This document shows positions 48,581 through 61,131 of a DNA stretch of 64,000 bases, one piece after another. Where the stretch lies: positions 102,984,001 through 103,048,000 of the forward strand of contig NC_086097.1 in the NCBI RefSeq assembly GCF_963921235.1, in the 5' to 3' direction. The notes under the pieces are model-generated. The model was not told the DNA's origin, ran no database searches, and saw nothing but the letters and a program-made list of their open reading frames with translations. Numbering within the stretch: position 1 is the stretch's first letter; each line of letters opens with the position of its first letter. Position numbers and translations under genes: made by a program. This stretch comes from Mobula hypostoma. Lineage: Eukaryota.

Positions 48581-51500
48581 ATGAGTTCGAGCAACTCGCA
48601 CAGTGCGGTCTCTCTGAAGCTCCTGACCTTCTGGGCCACTCAGCCCCACATTTGGTTCGAGCAGGCTGAGGCCCAGTTCAATATCAGAGACATTACAGCC
48701 GACGCCACGCGGTACTACTACGTGGTCAGCACGCTCGACCAGGAGACGGCAGGCCGGATCATTGACTTTCTACGCCAGCTACCAACAGAGCACAGGTACA
48801 CTAAGCTTAAGGTGCTGCTGATCCGTACCTTCAGACTCTCCCGCTGCGAACAGGCGCGCGGCTCCTACACATGGACAGCCTGGGCGACCGCACGCTATCC
48901 GAGCTCATGAATGATATGCTAGCGCTCATGGACGGCCATAAGCCGTGCCTTTTATTTGAACGGTTGTTCCTCGAGCAAATGCCAGAGGACATTCGCCGCC
49001 TCCTCGCGAGTGAGGATTTCAGTGACCCACGCAGGGTCGCGGCTAAAGCAGACGTCCTTTGGCAAAGCAAGCAACATGGAGCAGCCTCCATTGGCCTAGC
49101 CACGATCGCGCGCCCCAAAGCCCAGGCCCCGCGACCGAAGTCGTCGAGACCCACGTGGAAAAAGACGAAAGTTCGGAATGATGGTGTTTCTATCACCAAA
49201 GATGGGGCTCAGGCGTACGCCGCTGCCGTCCACCAGGTGCTTTTCCGGGAAACGCCGGGGCCAGCTGTCGCTAATGGCTATGACGGCTGGCCACCGAGAC
49301 AGCCTCCTGTACCTCTGGGACCAACACTCCAGGTGGCGCTTCCTGGTAGACACCGGGGGCCGAAGGCAGCATACTCCCCCTCTGCCCCCCCGCGCCCCCC
49401 CCGAACATGGACACTTGTAATGTGGTCCCAGGCCCCAAACTCTGCTGCAAATGGCACGAGTATTTGGACGTACAGCCCGTGAACTAGCTCACTGCATTTC
49501 GGGTCCAGCTGTTTCACTTGGACTTCCACGTTGGCAGCAGTGTCATAGCCACTACTGGGGGCAGATTTCCTACGAGCCAACTGCTTCCTGGTTGACCTAA
49601 AAGGCCAGTGTTTGGTCCATGCCGAGACGTTCCAAACTTTCCAGCTCGGAGACGCCAAGCTACCGGCCCTCCACCTGGATTCCATGACCCTCTCAGGTAA
49701 CGAATTCGCCAGGGTGTTTGCGGAATTCCCCTCCATAGTCACCCCGCAGTTCTCCACGGCTGACCCCAAGCACAGTGTGCAGCACCACATCTCCACGCAA
49801 GGACCGCCGCTGCATGCCCGAGCTCGCAGGCTCCCACCTGACAAACTCCACCTTGCCAAGGAGGAGTTCCATAAGGTGGAAGAGATGGGAATCGTACGCT
49901 GCTCAGACATCCATGGGCATCCCTGTTGCACATGGTGCCCAAGTCCGCAGGAGCATGGAGGCCCTTCAGAGACTACAGAAGGCTCAACGACACCACAACC
50001 GCCAACAGGTACCCAGTACCCCACATCCAGGACTTCACGGCGAACCTGCATGGAGTGACCATCGACCTGGTCAGGGGATACCATCAGATCCCAGTGCACC
50101 CCGCTGACGTGCCCAAGACAGCCCTCATCACCCCGTTCGGCTTGTTCGAATTCCTGAGGATGCCTTTCGGTCTCAAGAATGCAGCCCAAACTTTCCAAAG
50201 GCTCATGGACTCGGTGGGACGTGGTCTGAATTTCATTTTCATTTACTTGGACGATATCCTGGTGGCCAGCAGTTCGCACCAAGAGCACGTGGCGCATTTG
50301 CGCCAGCTCTGCCAATGCCTGAGCGACCACGGACTGGCAATCAATCCGGTGAAGTGCCAGTTCCGGCTGACGTAGTTCGACTTCTTGAGCCACAGAGTCA
50401 ACCGACATGGCTCAGTTCCCCAAGCTCAGCACGGTCAAGAGCCTGCAGGAGTTCATAGGGATGGTCAACTTTTATCATCGGTTCGTGCCGGTGGTGGCAC
50501 GCATCATGAGACCCTTGTTCAGCCTGATGGCCGGCATAGCCAAAGAAGTAGCATGGGACGCGGAGTCCACGGATGCATTCGAGCAGGCCAAGGAGGCGCT
50601 GGCAAAGGTGGCCCTCCTAGTGCACCCAAGAGTCGATGTACCCATGGCGCTCACAGTCGACGCTTCTGACACAGCAGTCGGCGGAGTCCTGGAGCAGCTC
50701 GTCGAGGACCAGTGGCGACCACTCCCTTTCTTCAGCCGGCACCTACGGCCAGCAGAGGTGAAGTATAGTGCTTTTGACAGAGAGTTGCTAGTGCTCTACC
50801 TGGCTGTCCGGCAGTTTGGGTACTTCCTCTAGGGAACGGAGTTCACCATGTATACAGACCACAAGCCCCTCACCTTCGCACTGGCCAAAGTATCAGAGCC
50901 ATGGTCGGCTTGGCAGCAGAGGCACCTGTCCTTTACTTCAGAATTCACCACGGACGTCCGCCACATCGCAGGGAAGAACAACGTCGTCGCCGACACACTG
51001 TCTCGCCCTGACTCCACTCAGTAGGTATCCTCAGGAATAGACTACGCAGCACTGGTGGAAGCACAACGGTCGGACACCGAGATCACGGCTTACCGCACCA
51101 CCGCTTTGGGGCTCCAGTTGGAAGACGTCTCCGTCAGCCTGGCAGCGGATCGACTCCTGTGCGACGTGTCTTCCGGCAAACCCCGACCCGTGGTACCAGC
51201 AGCATGGAGGCGCCGGGTGTTCGACACGCTGCACAACCTAGCCCACCCGTCCATCCGGGCGTCCCATCAAGTGGGTAGCGGACAGATTCATCTGGCACGG
51301 TTTGTGCAAACAGGTCAGACAGTGGGCCAGGACCTGCATACACTGCTAGACCGCCAAAGTCCAGTGACACGTGAAGACTCCCCTCCAGCAGTTCCAACCG
51401 ACGCACAGGAGGTTTCAACACATCCACGTGGACATCGTCGGCCCCCTGCCAGTCTCCCAGGGCGCCTGGTATATCTTTACCATGGTAGATAGGTTCACCA

Positions 51501-52200
51501 GATGGCCGGAAGCCGTACCGCTCGCAGACACGTCCACTGAGTCCTACGCCAAGACGCTCATTGCAAACTGGATCGCCAGATTCGGCCTCCCAACGGACAT
51601 CACCTCTGATAGAGGGGCACAGTTCATGTCTGGTTTGTGGACAGCACTGGCGCAGCTCCTGGGCACCCAGCTACATTACACCACAGCGTACCATCCCCAG
51701 TCCAATGGTTTGGTAGAGCAATTCCACCGGCATCTCAAGTCGGCCCTGATGGCGTGCCTCCAGGACAGATGAACTTCCCTGGGTCCTACCGGGCATCTGC
51801 ACAGCCCCCAAGGAGGACCTGGACACCGCCTCGGCGCAATTGGTTCTACGGCGCCCCCCTGACTGTCCCAGGCAAGTTTGTACCAGAGGCCTGAGGTTCG
51901 GAAGAAATTCCAGCAGCGGTGCTAATGAAGCTGTGAGACAAGACAGGGACCCTGGCACCGGTCCCAACCTCTGGGTATGGTCCCACGCCATCCTTCACCC
52001 CTAAAGACCTCCGAGACTGAGTATGTTTTTATTTGCAGGGGCATGCTCAGGTCACCTCTACACCGGCTGTACGCGGGACCCTTCAAGGTGATCCGGCACA
52101 ACGGAGCCATGTGTGTCGTGGTGGTGGGTGGCCGGGAAGAGACTTTTACAGTGGACCGCCTCAAACCGGCGCACTTAGATATTGAGCAACCAGTGAGGGT
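48581..52200 (+). pseudogene. Gypsy gag-pol pseudogene
   Basis: Gag LKLLTFWATQPHIWFEQAEAQF, protease FLVDTG, RT RMPFGLKNA...YLDDILV, RNase H TVDASD...YSAFDRELL, integrase HVDIVGP...SDRG...NGLVEQFHR. Many frameshifts and stops. Confidence 0.93.
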
Positions 52201-52284
52201 ACCCGCACCGCGCCGGCAAGGCTGGCCACCCAGGCAAGCCACACAGACTGGGGGCTCCACTCTGGATGTTTCTGGGGGGGGGGC

Positions 52285-52531
52285 TGTGGCGTCCCACACA
52301 CGTGGGACTCGAACTGCCATCGGGAGCCGTGGGCAGACACACGGTAGCGCGTTTGGAACTACCTGCTCGGGGCAGACCTTCCGGGGACAGTCTGACGTCA
52401 TGTCCACCCCGCGGGTCGCAGGGGCCCATGGGAGGGGAGATTTAAGCGTGCAAATTTGAATAAGTAAAGGCATTCTGAGTTCAGCTTTCTCTTCGTGTGT
52501 TTCTTTAGTAGCGCATTTGTGCACGACTACA
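52285..52531 (+). repeat. Gypsy 3' LTR (247 bp)
   Basis: Direct repeat of the 5' LTR, preceded by the PPT and followed by the TSD. Confidence 0.95.
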
Positions 52532-53018
52532 ATGTGTTATTTGTGTGTAAACTGTGATTTGTGCTTCAGAAGCATTATTTACAGTTGATCATCTGTGCCA
52601 GCCATTAATTAATGGAAGTGTAGCTCTCTCAGGACATCTAGAGGCTTTGGTATATAATATCAATCGGAGAGCATATGCTTATGTATATTTTTGGGAAAAC
52701 ATGGAGAATTGACATTATTTGCCTGATTTCAGGCTTCTGTTCTTGTCTTTTTGTGGCTTTCCTCTGATTTACCTCATGTTTTAAACCACAAGAAAAACCT
52801 GCAATTAATTCAAAAACAGAAGCTGTGTAATTTAAACGTGTCATTTAAAAATATCAAATATTAAGAATTTAGATACATTTTCTCAACCTTATAATTTCTT
52901 CACTAATCAAATTTTTAAAAGAGTAAGTCTCCAATTCTTTCTGGCATTGTGCTATGAAATTTGTTTAGCAGTAGCAGTACAGTGGAATGCAAAATTACTA
53001 TAAATTACAATAAAAATA

Positions 53019-53600
53019 CAGTGGATTCTGGTAATTGGGACAGCCACTTATTTGGAACATCTCTTAAAGAACAGAAACTAATTGAGAAAATAGTTGGGAT
53101 TCCCTTCATTTATTTGGGATGTTATGACTCTTAATTGGGATAGGGGACTGTAGCTAACAGTTTCCAACTAGCAACAATTGCACGCATTTGTATGGTCATT
53201 AGACACTAGCAATGAGTTGTTTTTAAATAGCGTCAGCTGCGAGTGCTTGTGTTATCTTATCCATTTGGGCAGACAGGCACCAATTCATAAAGCAGCGATT
53301 TTTTTTTTGATCACTATTATTTTATGTTGACTTTTCGGAGGAAAGCAATGAAGACCAAGGCACTGTATGCACTGGTGTCTGTGCTGATTTTATTCATTTA
53401 CGGTCAATCAAAAGAACATGGAAATGTACACTGGATAAATTCCTCTGTTGATAACTATTAAGAACTAATACAGTTTTATTGTGCTATAGTAGTATTGGGA
53501 GTGTTCTAATTTGTTACTCAGTTAAATGGTAGTTTGTCTTTTTATACCTTTTAACTACTTCTAGTAAACTTCGGCTAATTGAGGCACCTGCTTAATCGGT
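53019..53600. mobile_element. Tigger/pogo-like non-autonomous element, truncated
   Basis: TA|CAGTGGATTCTGGTAATTGGGA. Internal sequence matches 18292-19034 in the opposite orientation. Confidence 0.6.
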
Positions 53601-54080
53601 GGTGGGTATATGTTTGTGTATAACAGAATGAAATAAAGCCTGATAAAATACATTGCTTGTACATCATAGTTTTTGCTCATGGTAAGTTTCCTCTGATAAT
53701 GGAGACCAAAAATTGCCTTGCAGAAAGCAGTGCTTTGTTAGCAGGTGTGACCTTGGTTGTTCTGGTTTTAACTGACATTTGTGTCCTTGATATCCTATCC
53801 TGTTCTACTGATGCTCAGTATGTGCTCAGGAATTAGTACTTCTGTTTTTCCATTAGTTATCTTATAGCCTTGCTGCTATGTTTAGATCATCATCTCTCCC
53901 ACTCTTTTGGAATAACAGAGGTTTTTTTTTGCCTTTGTCAACTTGATGTATGTTATTTTGCCTTCCAAACTAATATCTACCTTAAACAACAGGAATTCTG
54001 CAGATGCTGGAAATTCAAGCAACACACATCAAAGTTGCTGGTGAATGCAGCAGGCCAAGCAGCATCTGTAGGAAGAGATG

Positions 54081-54118
54081 CAGTCGACATTTCAGGCCGA
54101 GACCCTTCGTCAGGACTG
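54081..54118 (-). ncRNA. Minimal type I hammerhead ribozyme (GAAAUGUC variant)
   Basis: Reverse complement reads CAGTC CTGACGA AGGGTCTCGGCCT GAAA TGTC GACTG. Confidence 0.7.
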
Positions 54119-56163
54119 ACTGAAGGAAGAGTGAGTAAGGGATTTGAAAGTTGGAGGGGGAGGGGGAGATCCAAAATGATAGGAGAAGACAGGAGGGGGA
54201 GGGATAGAGCCAAGAACTGGACAGGTGATAGGCAAAAGGAGATACGAGAGGATCATGGGACAGGAGGTCTGGGAAGAAAGACAAGGGGGGGGACCCAGAG
54301 GATGGGCAAGAGGTATATTCAGAGGGACAGAGGGAGAAAAAGGAGAGTGAGAGAAAGAATGTGTGCATAAAAATGAGTAACAGATGGGGTACGAGGGGGA
54401 GGTGGGGCCTTAGTGGAAGTTAGAGAAGTCGATGTTCATGCCATCAGGTTGGAGGCTACCCAGACGGAATATAAGGTGTTGTTCCTCCAACCTGAGTGTG
54501 GCTTCATCTTTACAGTAGAGGAGGCCGTGGATAGACATGTCAGAATGGGAATGGGATGTGGAATTAAAATGTGTGGCCACTGGGAGATCCTGCTTTCTCT
54601 GGCGGACAGAGCGTAGATGTTCAGCAAAGCGGTCTCCCAGTCTGCGTCGGGTCTCACCAATATGTGAAAGGCCACATCGGGAGCACTGAACGCAGTATAT
54701 CACCCCAGCCGACTCACAGGTGAAGTGTTGCCTCACCTGGAAGGACTGTTTGGGGCCCTGAATGGTGGTAAGGGAGGAAGTGTAAGGGCATGTGTAGCAC
54801 TTGTTCCGCTTACACGGATAAGTGCCAGGAGGGAGATCAGTGGATAGGGATGGGGGGGACGAATGGACAAGGGAGCTGTGTAGGGAGCGATCCCTGCGGA
54901 ATGCAGAGAGAGGGGGGAGGGAAAGATGTGCTTAGTGGTGGGATCCCGTTGGAGGTGGCGGAAGTTACGGAGAATAATATGTTGGACCCGGAGGCTGGTG
55001 GGGTGGTAGGTGAGGACCAGGGGAACCCTATTCCTAGTGGGGTGGCGGGAAGATGGAGTGAGAGCAGATGTACGTGAAATGGGGGAGATGCGTTTAAGGG
55101 CATAGTTGATAGTAGAGGAAGGGAAGCCCCTTTCTTTAAAAAAGGAAGATGTCTTCCTTCCCTTCCACCACTATCAACTCTGCCCTTAAACGCATCTCCC
55201 CCATTTCATGTACATCTGCTCTCACTCCATCCTCCCGCCACCCCACTAGGAATAGGGTTCCCCTGGTCCTCACCTACCACCCCACCAGCCTCCGGGTCCA
55301 ACATATTATTCTCCGTAACTTCCACCACCTCCAACGGGATCCCACCACTAAGCACATCTTTCCCTCCCCCTCCCTGCATTCCGCAGGGATCGCTCCCTAC
55401 ACAACTCCCTTGTCCATTCGTCTCCCCCATCCCTATCCACTGATCTCCCTCCTGGCACTTATCCGTGTAAGCGGAACAAGTGCTACACATGCCCTTACAC
55501 TTCCTCCCTTACCACCATTCAGGACCCCAAACAGTCCTTCCAGGTGAGGCAAAACTTCACCTGTGAGTCGACTGGGGTGATATACTGCGTCCGGTGCTCC
55601 TGATGCGGCCCTTTATATATTGGCGAGACCCGACGCAGACTGGGAGACCGCTTTGCTGAACATCTATGCTCTGTCTGCCAGAGAAAGCAGGACCTCCCAG
55701 TGGCCACACATTTTAATTCCACATCCCATTCCCATTCTGACATGTCTATCCACGGCCTCCTCTACTGTAAAGATGAAGCCACACTCAGGTTGGAGGAACA
55801 ACACCTTATATTCCGTCTGGGTAGCCTCCAACTTGATGGCATGAACATCGACTTCTCTAACTTCCGCTAAGGCCCCACCTCCCCCTCGTACCCCATCTGT
55901 TACTTATTTTTATGCACACATTCTTTCTCTCACTCTCCTTTTTCTCCCTCTGTCCCTCTGAATATACCTCTTGCCCATCCTCTGGGTCCCCCCCCCCCGT
56001 TCTTTCTTCCCGGACCTCCTGTCCCATGATCCTCTCGTATCCCCTTTTGCTTATCACCTGTCCAGCTCTTGGCTTTATCCCTCCCCCTCCTGTCTTCTCC
56101 TATCATTTTGGATCTCCCCCTCCCCCTCCAACTTTCAAAGCCCTTACTCACTCTTCCTTCAGT

Positions 56164-56201
56164 TAGTCCTGACGAAGGGTCTCGGCCTGAAACGTCGACT
56201 G
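56164..56201 (+). ncRNA. Minimal type I hammerhead ribozyme (intact core), sense to the TTBK2 intron
   Basis: TAGTC CTGACGA AGGGTCTCGGCCT GAAA CGTC GACTG. Confidence 0.8.
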
Positions 56202-56404
56202 CACCCCTTCCTACAGATGCTGCTTGGCCTAATATCTACCTTTTTGTTCTTTCCTTCCTTTTTCCTGCATCTTAACACTTTTTAAATATTTGACACTTCA
56301 TGGTTCTGACCAGAGTTTCAAATACAAGCTAATATCTTCAGTATCTGCAGTATTTTGGTTTTGTTGAATGGCTACTGATAGACATGAATTGCTGGGAGAG
56401 TGCT

Positions 56405-57205
56405 GAATTTCTTAAGATCCTTCATCAGGATTGGAAAGGAAGGGTGAAGAAGCCAAAATAAGAAGGTGGGGGGAGGGGAAAGACAAGTCAGGTGATAAGT
56501 AAAGTCAGGTGGTTGGGGAAAGGGATGAAGTAAGAAGATGGGAGGTGACAGCTAGATAAAGCAAAGGGCTGGAGAAGAAGGATTTTGACAGGAGAGGAAA
56601 ATGGATCATGGAAAGAGGAAGGGCATCTGGGAGAGGCGATAGGCTGGTTGGAGAAGAGGTAAGAGGCCAAAGTGGGGAAATAAAGAAGAGGGGAGGGGGA
56701 AAGACTTACTGGAGAGAAATTGATGTTCATGCCATCAGGTTGGAGACCACCTGGACAGGATATGAGGCATTGCTCCCTCAGCCTGAGAGTGGCCTAATTG
56801 TGGCAGAAGAGGAGACAATGGCCGACGTGTCAGAATGGGATAGGAATTGAAATGGTTGGCCACTGGGAAATTCTGTTTTTTGCAGATGGACTGAGATGCT
56901 TGATAAAGTGGTCCCTCAATCTACGTTGGGTCTTGGGAGCACTTGATACAGTAGATGACTCCACCAGATTCGCAGGTGAAGTCTGCCTCACCTGGAACTA
57001 CAGTTTGGGGCCCTAAATGGAGATGAGGGAGGAGGTGTAGTATACTTCAGTCACTTCAGGGAGATTAGTGGAGAGGGACAAATGGATAAGAGAATCACAG
57101 AGGGAGCAATCCCTGTGGAAAGTGGAGAGTGGAAGGGAGCTAAAGGTGTGTTGAGTGGTAATATCCCATTGCAGATGGTGGAAGTTGTGGAGAATGATGT
57201 GGAGG
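56405..57205 (-). mobile_element. Old Penelope-like 3' fragment
   Basis: gatgttcatgccatcaggttggag... and HIILHNFHHLQWD homology to the younger copies. Hammerhead remnant near 56410-56434. Confidence 0.75.
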
Positions 57206-57257
57206 TTTATAACCAGTGAAATTTGGAATAGTGAGCAAATGATATAAGAAAGTGATT

Positions 57258-57298
57258 TGCTTGGATTTCCAGCATCGGCAGATTTCCTCGTGTTTGCG
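57258..57298 (+). mobile_element. 41-bp Penelope 3'-terminal micro-insertion
   Basis: tgcttggatttccagcatcggcagatttcctcgtgtttgcg flanked by TSD TAAGAAAGTGATT (57245-57257, 57299-57311). Confidence 0.85.
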
Positions 57299-57944
57299 TA
57301 AGAAAGTGATTGTTCATTTAAGATGGAAGTGAGATAAAATGTTCTCTGAGTGTAATGAGTCTTTTGAGCTATCTTCCTCAAAGGCCAATAGAAGCAGAAT
57401 ACATAAATCTTAAGGCAAAAGTCAATGGGTTCTTTATAAGCAGAAGTGAAAAGTTACTGTGGGTAGACATGAATCCAGAGTTCAGGTTATAATTCGGTTG
57501 ATCATGTTTCTGTTCGATGGCAGAGCTATGTGGCCTATTACTAATTTGTATGCTTGAATGCAATTATAAGTAAGGTATAACATTGACCTTTTTATCCTAT
57601 TGATTTGTTTTGGAAATATTTGCATTGTAGGTTAGCTGTTCTGAGTAAAATTTTAACCCTTTTTTGGGCCATCTGTTCTTTGATTTAACTGAATCCATAA
57701 TGATTTAAAATAATTTATAATATATTTTCAGGCCCTCTGTACATGGACTATTGACTCTGAATAGTTGAGTACTCTGGATTCGTGGACATGTGGGCCTAGA
57801 ATCTTAGCCATACACCAGATTTGAGGACGTGGCCACTGTTGATACCTGCTCAGGAGAAGATGGTGGAGAGTCATTTCCTTTTTTTTTCAGGATGGTGCCA
57901 AGCTGCAGTCTCTGTCGAGGTCATGACTCAGATTTAATTGCTTT

Positions 57945-59355
57945 CAAGTTCACATTTATTGACATTCAACTGTGTACATGTATATCACCAAATGAAACAA
58001 TGTTCCTCCAGACCAAGGTGTACAATCAGTACATGTGAGTCGCCCATAACAGAAAGTAATATTACCAGAAATAAATGAACGAACAGTAAAATATATTCCA
58101 GAAGATTTGACATTTAGCATGAGTTACATTTACAACGCAAGTTTAAAAAGTAAACAGTAGAGCACTACTGGTGCTTCATACACGGGACCTGAGTGATGGC
58201 AGGGAGTTCAGTAGTCTCACAGCCTGTTTCCCATCCAAACAGTTTTTGCCCTAAAGTTGAGTTGCTTCCTGCCTGATAGTTGGGGACCAAAGAGATTGTG
58301 ACAGAGATGGGAGGGACCTTGACAGTACTAAGGGCCCTGTGTACGCAGCGCTCCTGATAGACTTCTCTATTGGGTGAAAGAGAGACCCTGATGATCCTCC
58401 TCAGCAGTTCTCACAATCCTTTGTAGGGTCTTGCTGTCAGGTTCCTTGCAATTCCCATGTTAGGCAGTGATGCAGCTGGTCGGGACACTGTTAATGGTGC
58501 TCCTGTTAGAATGGATGGGGGGGTGGGGAGGATGGAGGATCCTCCATTGCCTCAGTCTTCTCAGGAAGTGGAGATGCTGCAGTGTTTTATTTGACTGAAA
58601 TGATGGTGTTGAGCGACTAAGTGAGTTGTCTGTTATGTATGTTCCCAGAAACTTGGTGCTCCTATCTCTCTACAGAGAAGCAACGAGGAGTAGTCATCTT
58701 CCTAAAGTCCACGATCATCTCTTTAGTCTTTCCCACATTCAGAATCAAGTTATTGTGCTCGTACCATTTTACCAGCTGCTCTGCTCAGCTCTGCCTCCTC
58801 TCTATATGCCACTTGTAGTGGTTGTTGATGAGGTCAGCCACTGTTGTCATCAGCGGACTTGATCTGGATCTAGCATACAGTAATGCAACAGCAATGTGAG
58901 AAGTAGCAGGCTAAGTATGCAGCCCCCAGGAGAGCTGGTGTTTAGTGTAATGGAGCTAGAGATACCGCTGCCAGCATGTACTGACTGTGGTGTTTTTGTC
59001 AAGAAGTCCAAGATCCAGTTACAGAGAGGTATTGACACTCAGCAAGGACAGATTACATATCAGCTTCTGGGGGATTATCATATTCGATACCATTTTCTAG
59101 GTGGGACAGGATGGAGTGGAGGGCAGAATCTATGGCATTGTCAATAGACTGATTTGAGTGATAGCGAACCAGAAAGGGTCCAATGTAGCAGGAAGATGGG
59201 ATTTAATGTCACTGGACTGTAGTCATTAAGGCAGGGTACTGTTGCCCTCATGGCCATTGGGTTGATGGTGGCCGCCTTGAAACCTGTGAGGACTGGGACT
59301 GTTCCAGAGAGATGTTGAAGATGACTGTTAGAATCTCTGATAACTGTGCTGCACA
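57945..59355 (-). mobile_element. Rex1/Babar-like LINE fragment
   Basis: [10 protein letters not shown]...[14 protein letters not shown] (58850-59038) and PGQVLRVCAAQLSEILTVIFNISL (59248-59523). Confidence 0.75.
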
Positions 59356-60019
59356 GACCCTCAGCACCTGACCAGGTTTGTGATCTGGCCCTGAATAGGG
59401 TCTTCCTCTCATCAACTCCAACCAGAAAGAGTTCCTATTCCTTGGGGGAAGAGGGGGCCATAGTTTGTTCCTGTTTGGACCAGTGATAATTCCCAGGATG
59501 TTGATGGTGAACGAACTGAACATTATTGAATATCACGGGAGTAGCGGATTTAGTGTTTTTTTGAAATTATCATTGGCATCTTATTGCATCTAGGTTATTT
59601 GCACCTTATGAACCCGAGTGAGGACATTGTATAGGTTTTTGTCATATGTGGGTTTGAAGTATTGCATTCCCTCTGTCAATTCCTTTCCCATCTCATCAAA
59701 TGAAACAATCCATGCCTCCATGCAGCTAGAATTAGATAATGTTTAGACACAGATTGATGTGACTCTCTAAGTATTGAAATTATACAAGTTCTAGGCAGTG
59801 AGCATCTTAGACAAGAATGAGCTTAACCACAGTTGATAGTATTGCTGTTGTTTATTAAATGGAAATGTAACCGGATCAGCTACTTGTATATTTTGCTTAC
59901 ATGAGGAAGTAGGGAGCTGAGTATTCGCTAATGAGTGAATCATCGCTTGATATCTCAAAAGCTTTCTACTATCTGCAGTACAAAAGCTGGAAGTGTGTGC
60001 ATGCAGTCACACACACCTC

Positions 60020-61105
60020 AATAATATGCAAATGCTTTGAGAGGCTGGTCAAGGATTACATTTGCGACTTACTACCACCCAAACTGGACTCCCTACAATT
60101 CGCCTACTAACATAACTGATCGACAGACAACGCAATAGCCACTGCTCTATATACCGTTCCTGCACATCTGGAGAAGGATGCTTATGTGAGAATGCTGTTC
60201 TTAGACTACAGTTCAGTATTCAAGACCATAATTTCATCCAGGCTCAACAAGAAGCTCAGAGACCTCGGCCTTGACCCTGCCTTGTGCAGCTGGATCCTGG
60301 ACTTCCTGTCAGATTGCCAGCAGGTGGTAAGAGTGGGCTTCCTCATCTCCACCCCTCTGACTCTCAACACAGGAGCTCCTCAGGGCTGTGTACTAAGCCC
60401 CCTCCTTTACTTCCTGTATACCAATGACTGTGTCACCACCCATAGCTTTAATCTGCTAATTAAATTTGCCGACAACACTACATTGATTGGCCTATTCTCA
60501 AACAATAAAGAGGTGACCTACAGGGAAGAAGTCATCTCTCTGACACAGTGGTGCCAAGAAAACAATCTCAGTGTCACAAAAACAAAGGAGTTGGTTGTGG
60601 ATTACAGGAGGAATGGAGACTGGCTAATCCCTATTGACATCAATGGATCTGGGGTTGAGAGGGTAAACTGCTTTAAGTTCCTCTGCATCCACATCACCAA
60701 GGACCTCACATGGTCTGTACACACCAGTTGTGTGATGAAAAAGGCACAACAGCGCCTCTTTCACCTCAGATAGTTGAGAAAGTTTGGTATGGGCCCCCAA
60801 ATCCCAAGAACTTTCTACAGGGGCACAAAGACAGGTGTGCATAAAGGGCCTGAAGGATCATTGGGGACCCGAATCACCCCAACCACAATCTATTCCAGCT
60901 TCTTCCGTCAGGCATCAGACCGATTAACTAACGCTGATTTGAGTATGTTTCTATGTACATTGACTGTTCTATTTATTATAAATTATTACAAATTACTGTG
61001 ATGGCACATTTAGACGGAAACGTAACGTAAAGATTTTCACTCCTTGAGTATGTGAAGAGTGTAAGAAATAGTCAATTCAATACTCTTCAATTCAATTCAA
61101 TTCAA
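60020..61105 (+). mobile_element. Rex1/Babar-like LINE RT/3' part with (TTCAA)n tail
   Basis: ORF 60186-60773: LFLDYSS...TGAPQGCVLSPLLY...KFADNTT...KKAQQRLFHLR. The tail ttcaattcaattcaa lies near 61073-61105. Confidence 0.9.
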
Positions 61106-61131
61106 CAACTCTCAACACCATCCAGGGCAAA

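Larger units (their letters stand above)
48275..52531 (+). mobile_element. Complete compact Ty3/Gypsy LTR retrotransposon (4257 bp), coding-defective
   Basis: TG...CA LTRs at 48275-48525 and 52285-52531, TSD ATGT (48271-48274, 52532-52535), PBS, poly-G PPT at 52274-52283, domain order gag-PR-RT-RH-IN. Confidence 0.97.
53984..56228. mobile_element. Head-to-head inverted Penelope-like insertion (arms about 1.1 kb)
   Basis: - arm 53984-~55155 and + arm ~55156-56228, both with GIY-YIG and terminal repeat. TSD CTAATATCTACCTT at 53970-53983 and 56229-56242. Confidence 0.93.

Noticed and set aside
49278..50408. 376-aa minus-strand ORF, the longest in the track
   Set aside because: Antisense shadow of the GC-rich Gypsy pol region, with no recognisable motif.
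53984..56228. Palindromes as assembly artefacts
   Set aside because: The arms differ by substitutions and indels, have different end points, and are bounded by TSDs in five separate cases. Long reads would still be the decisive test.
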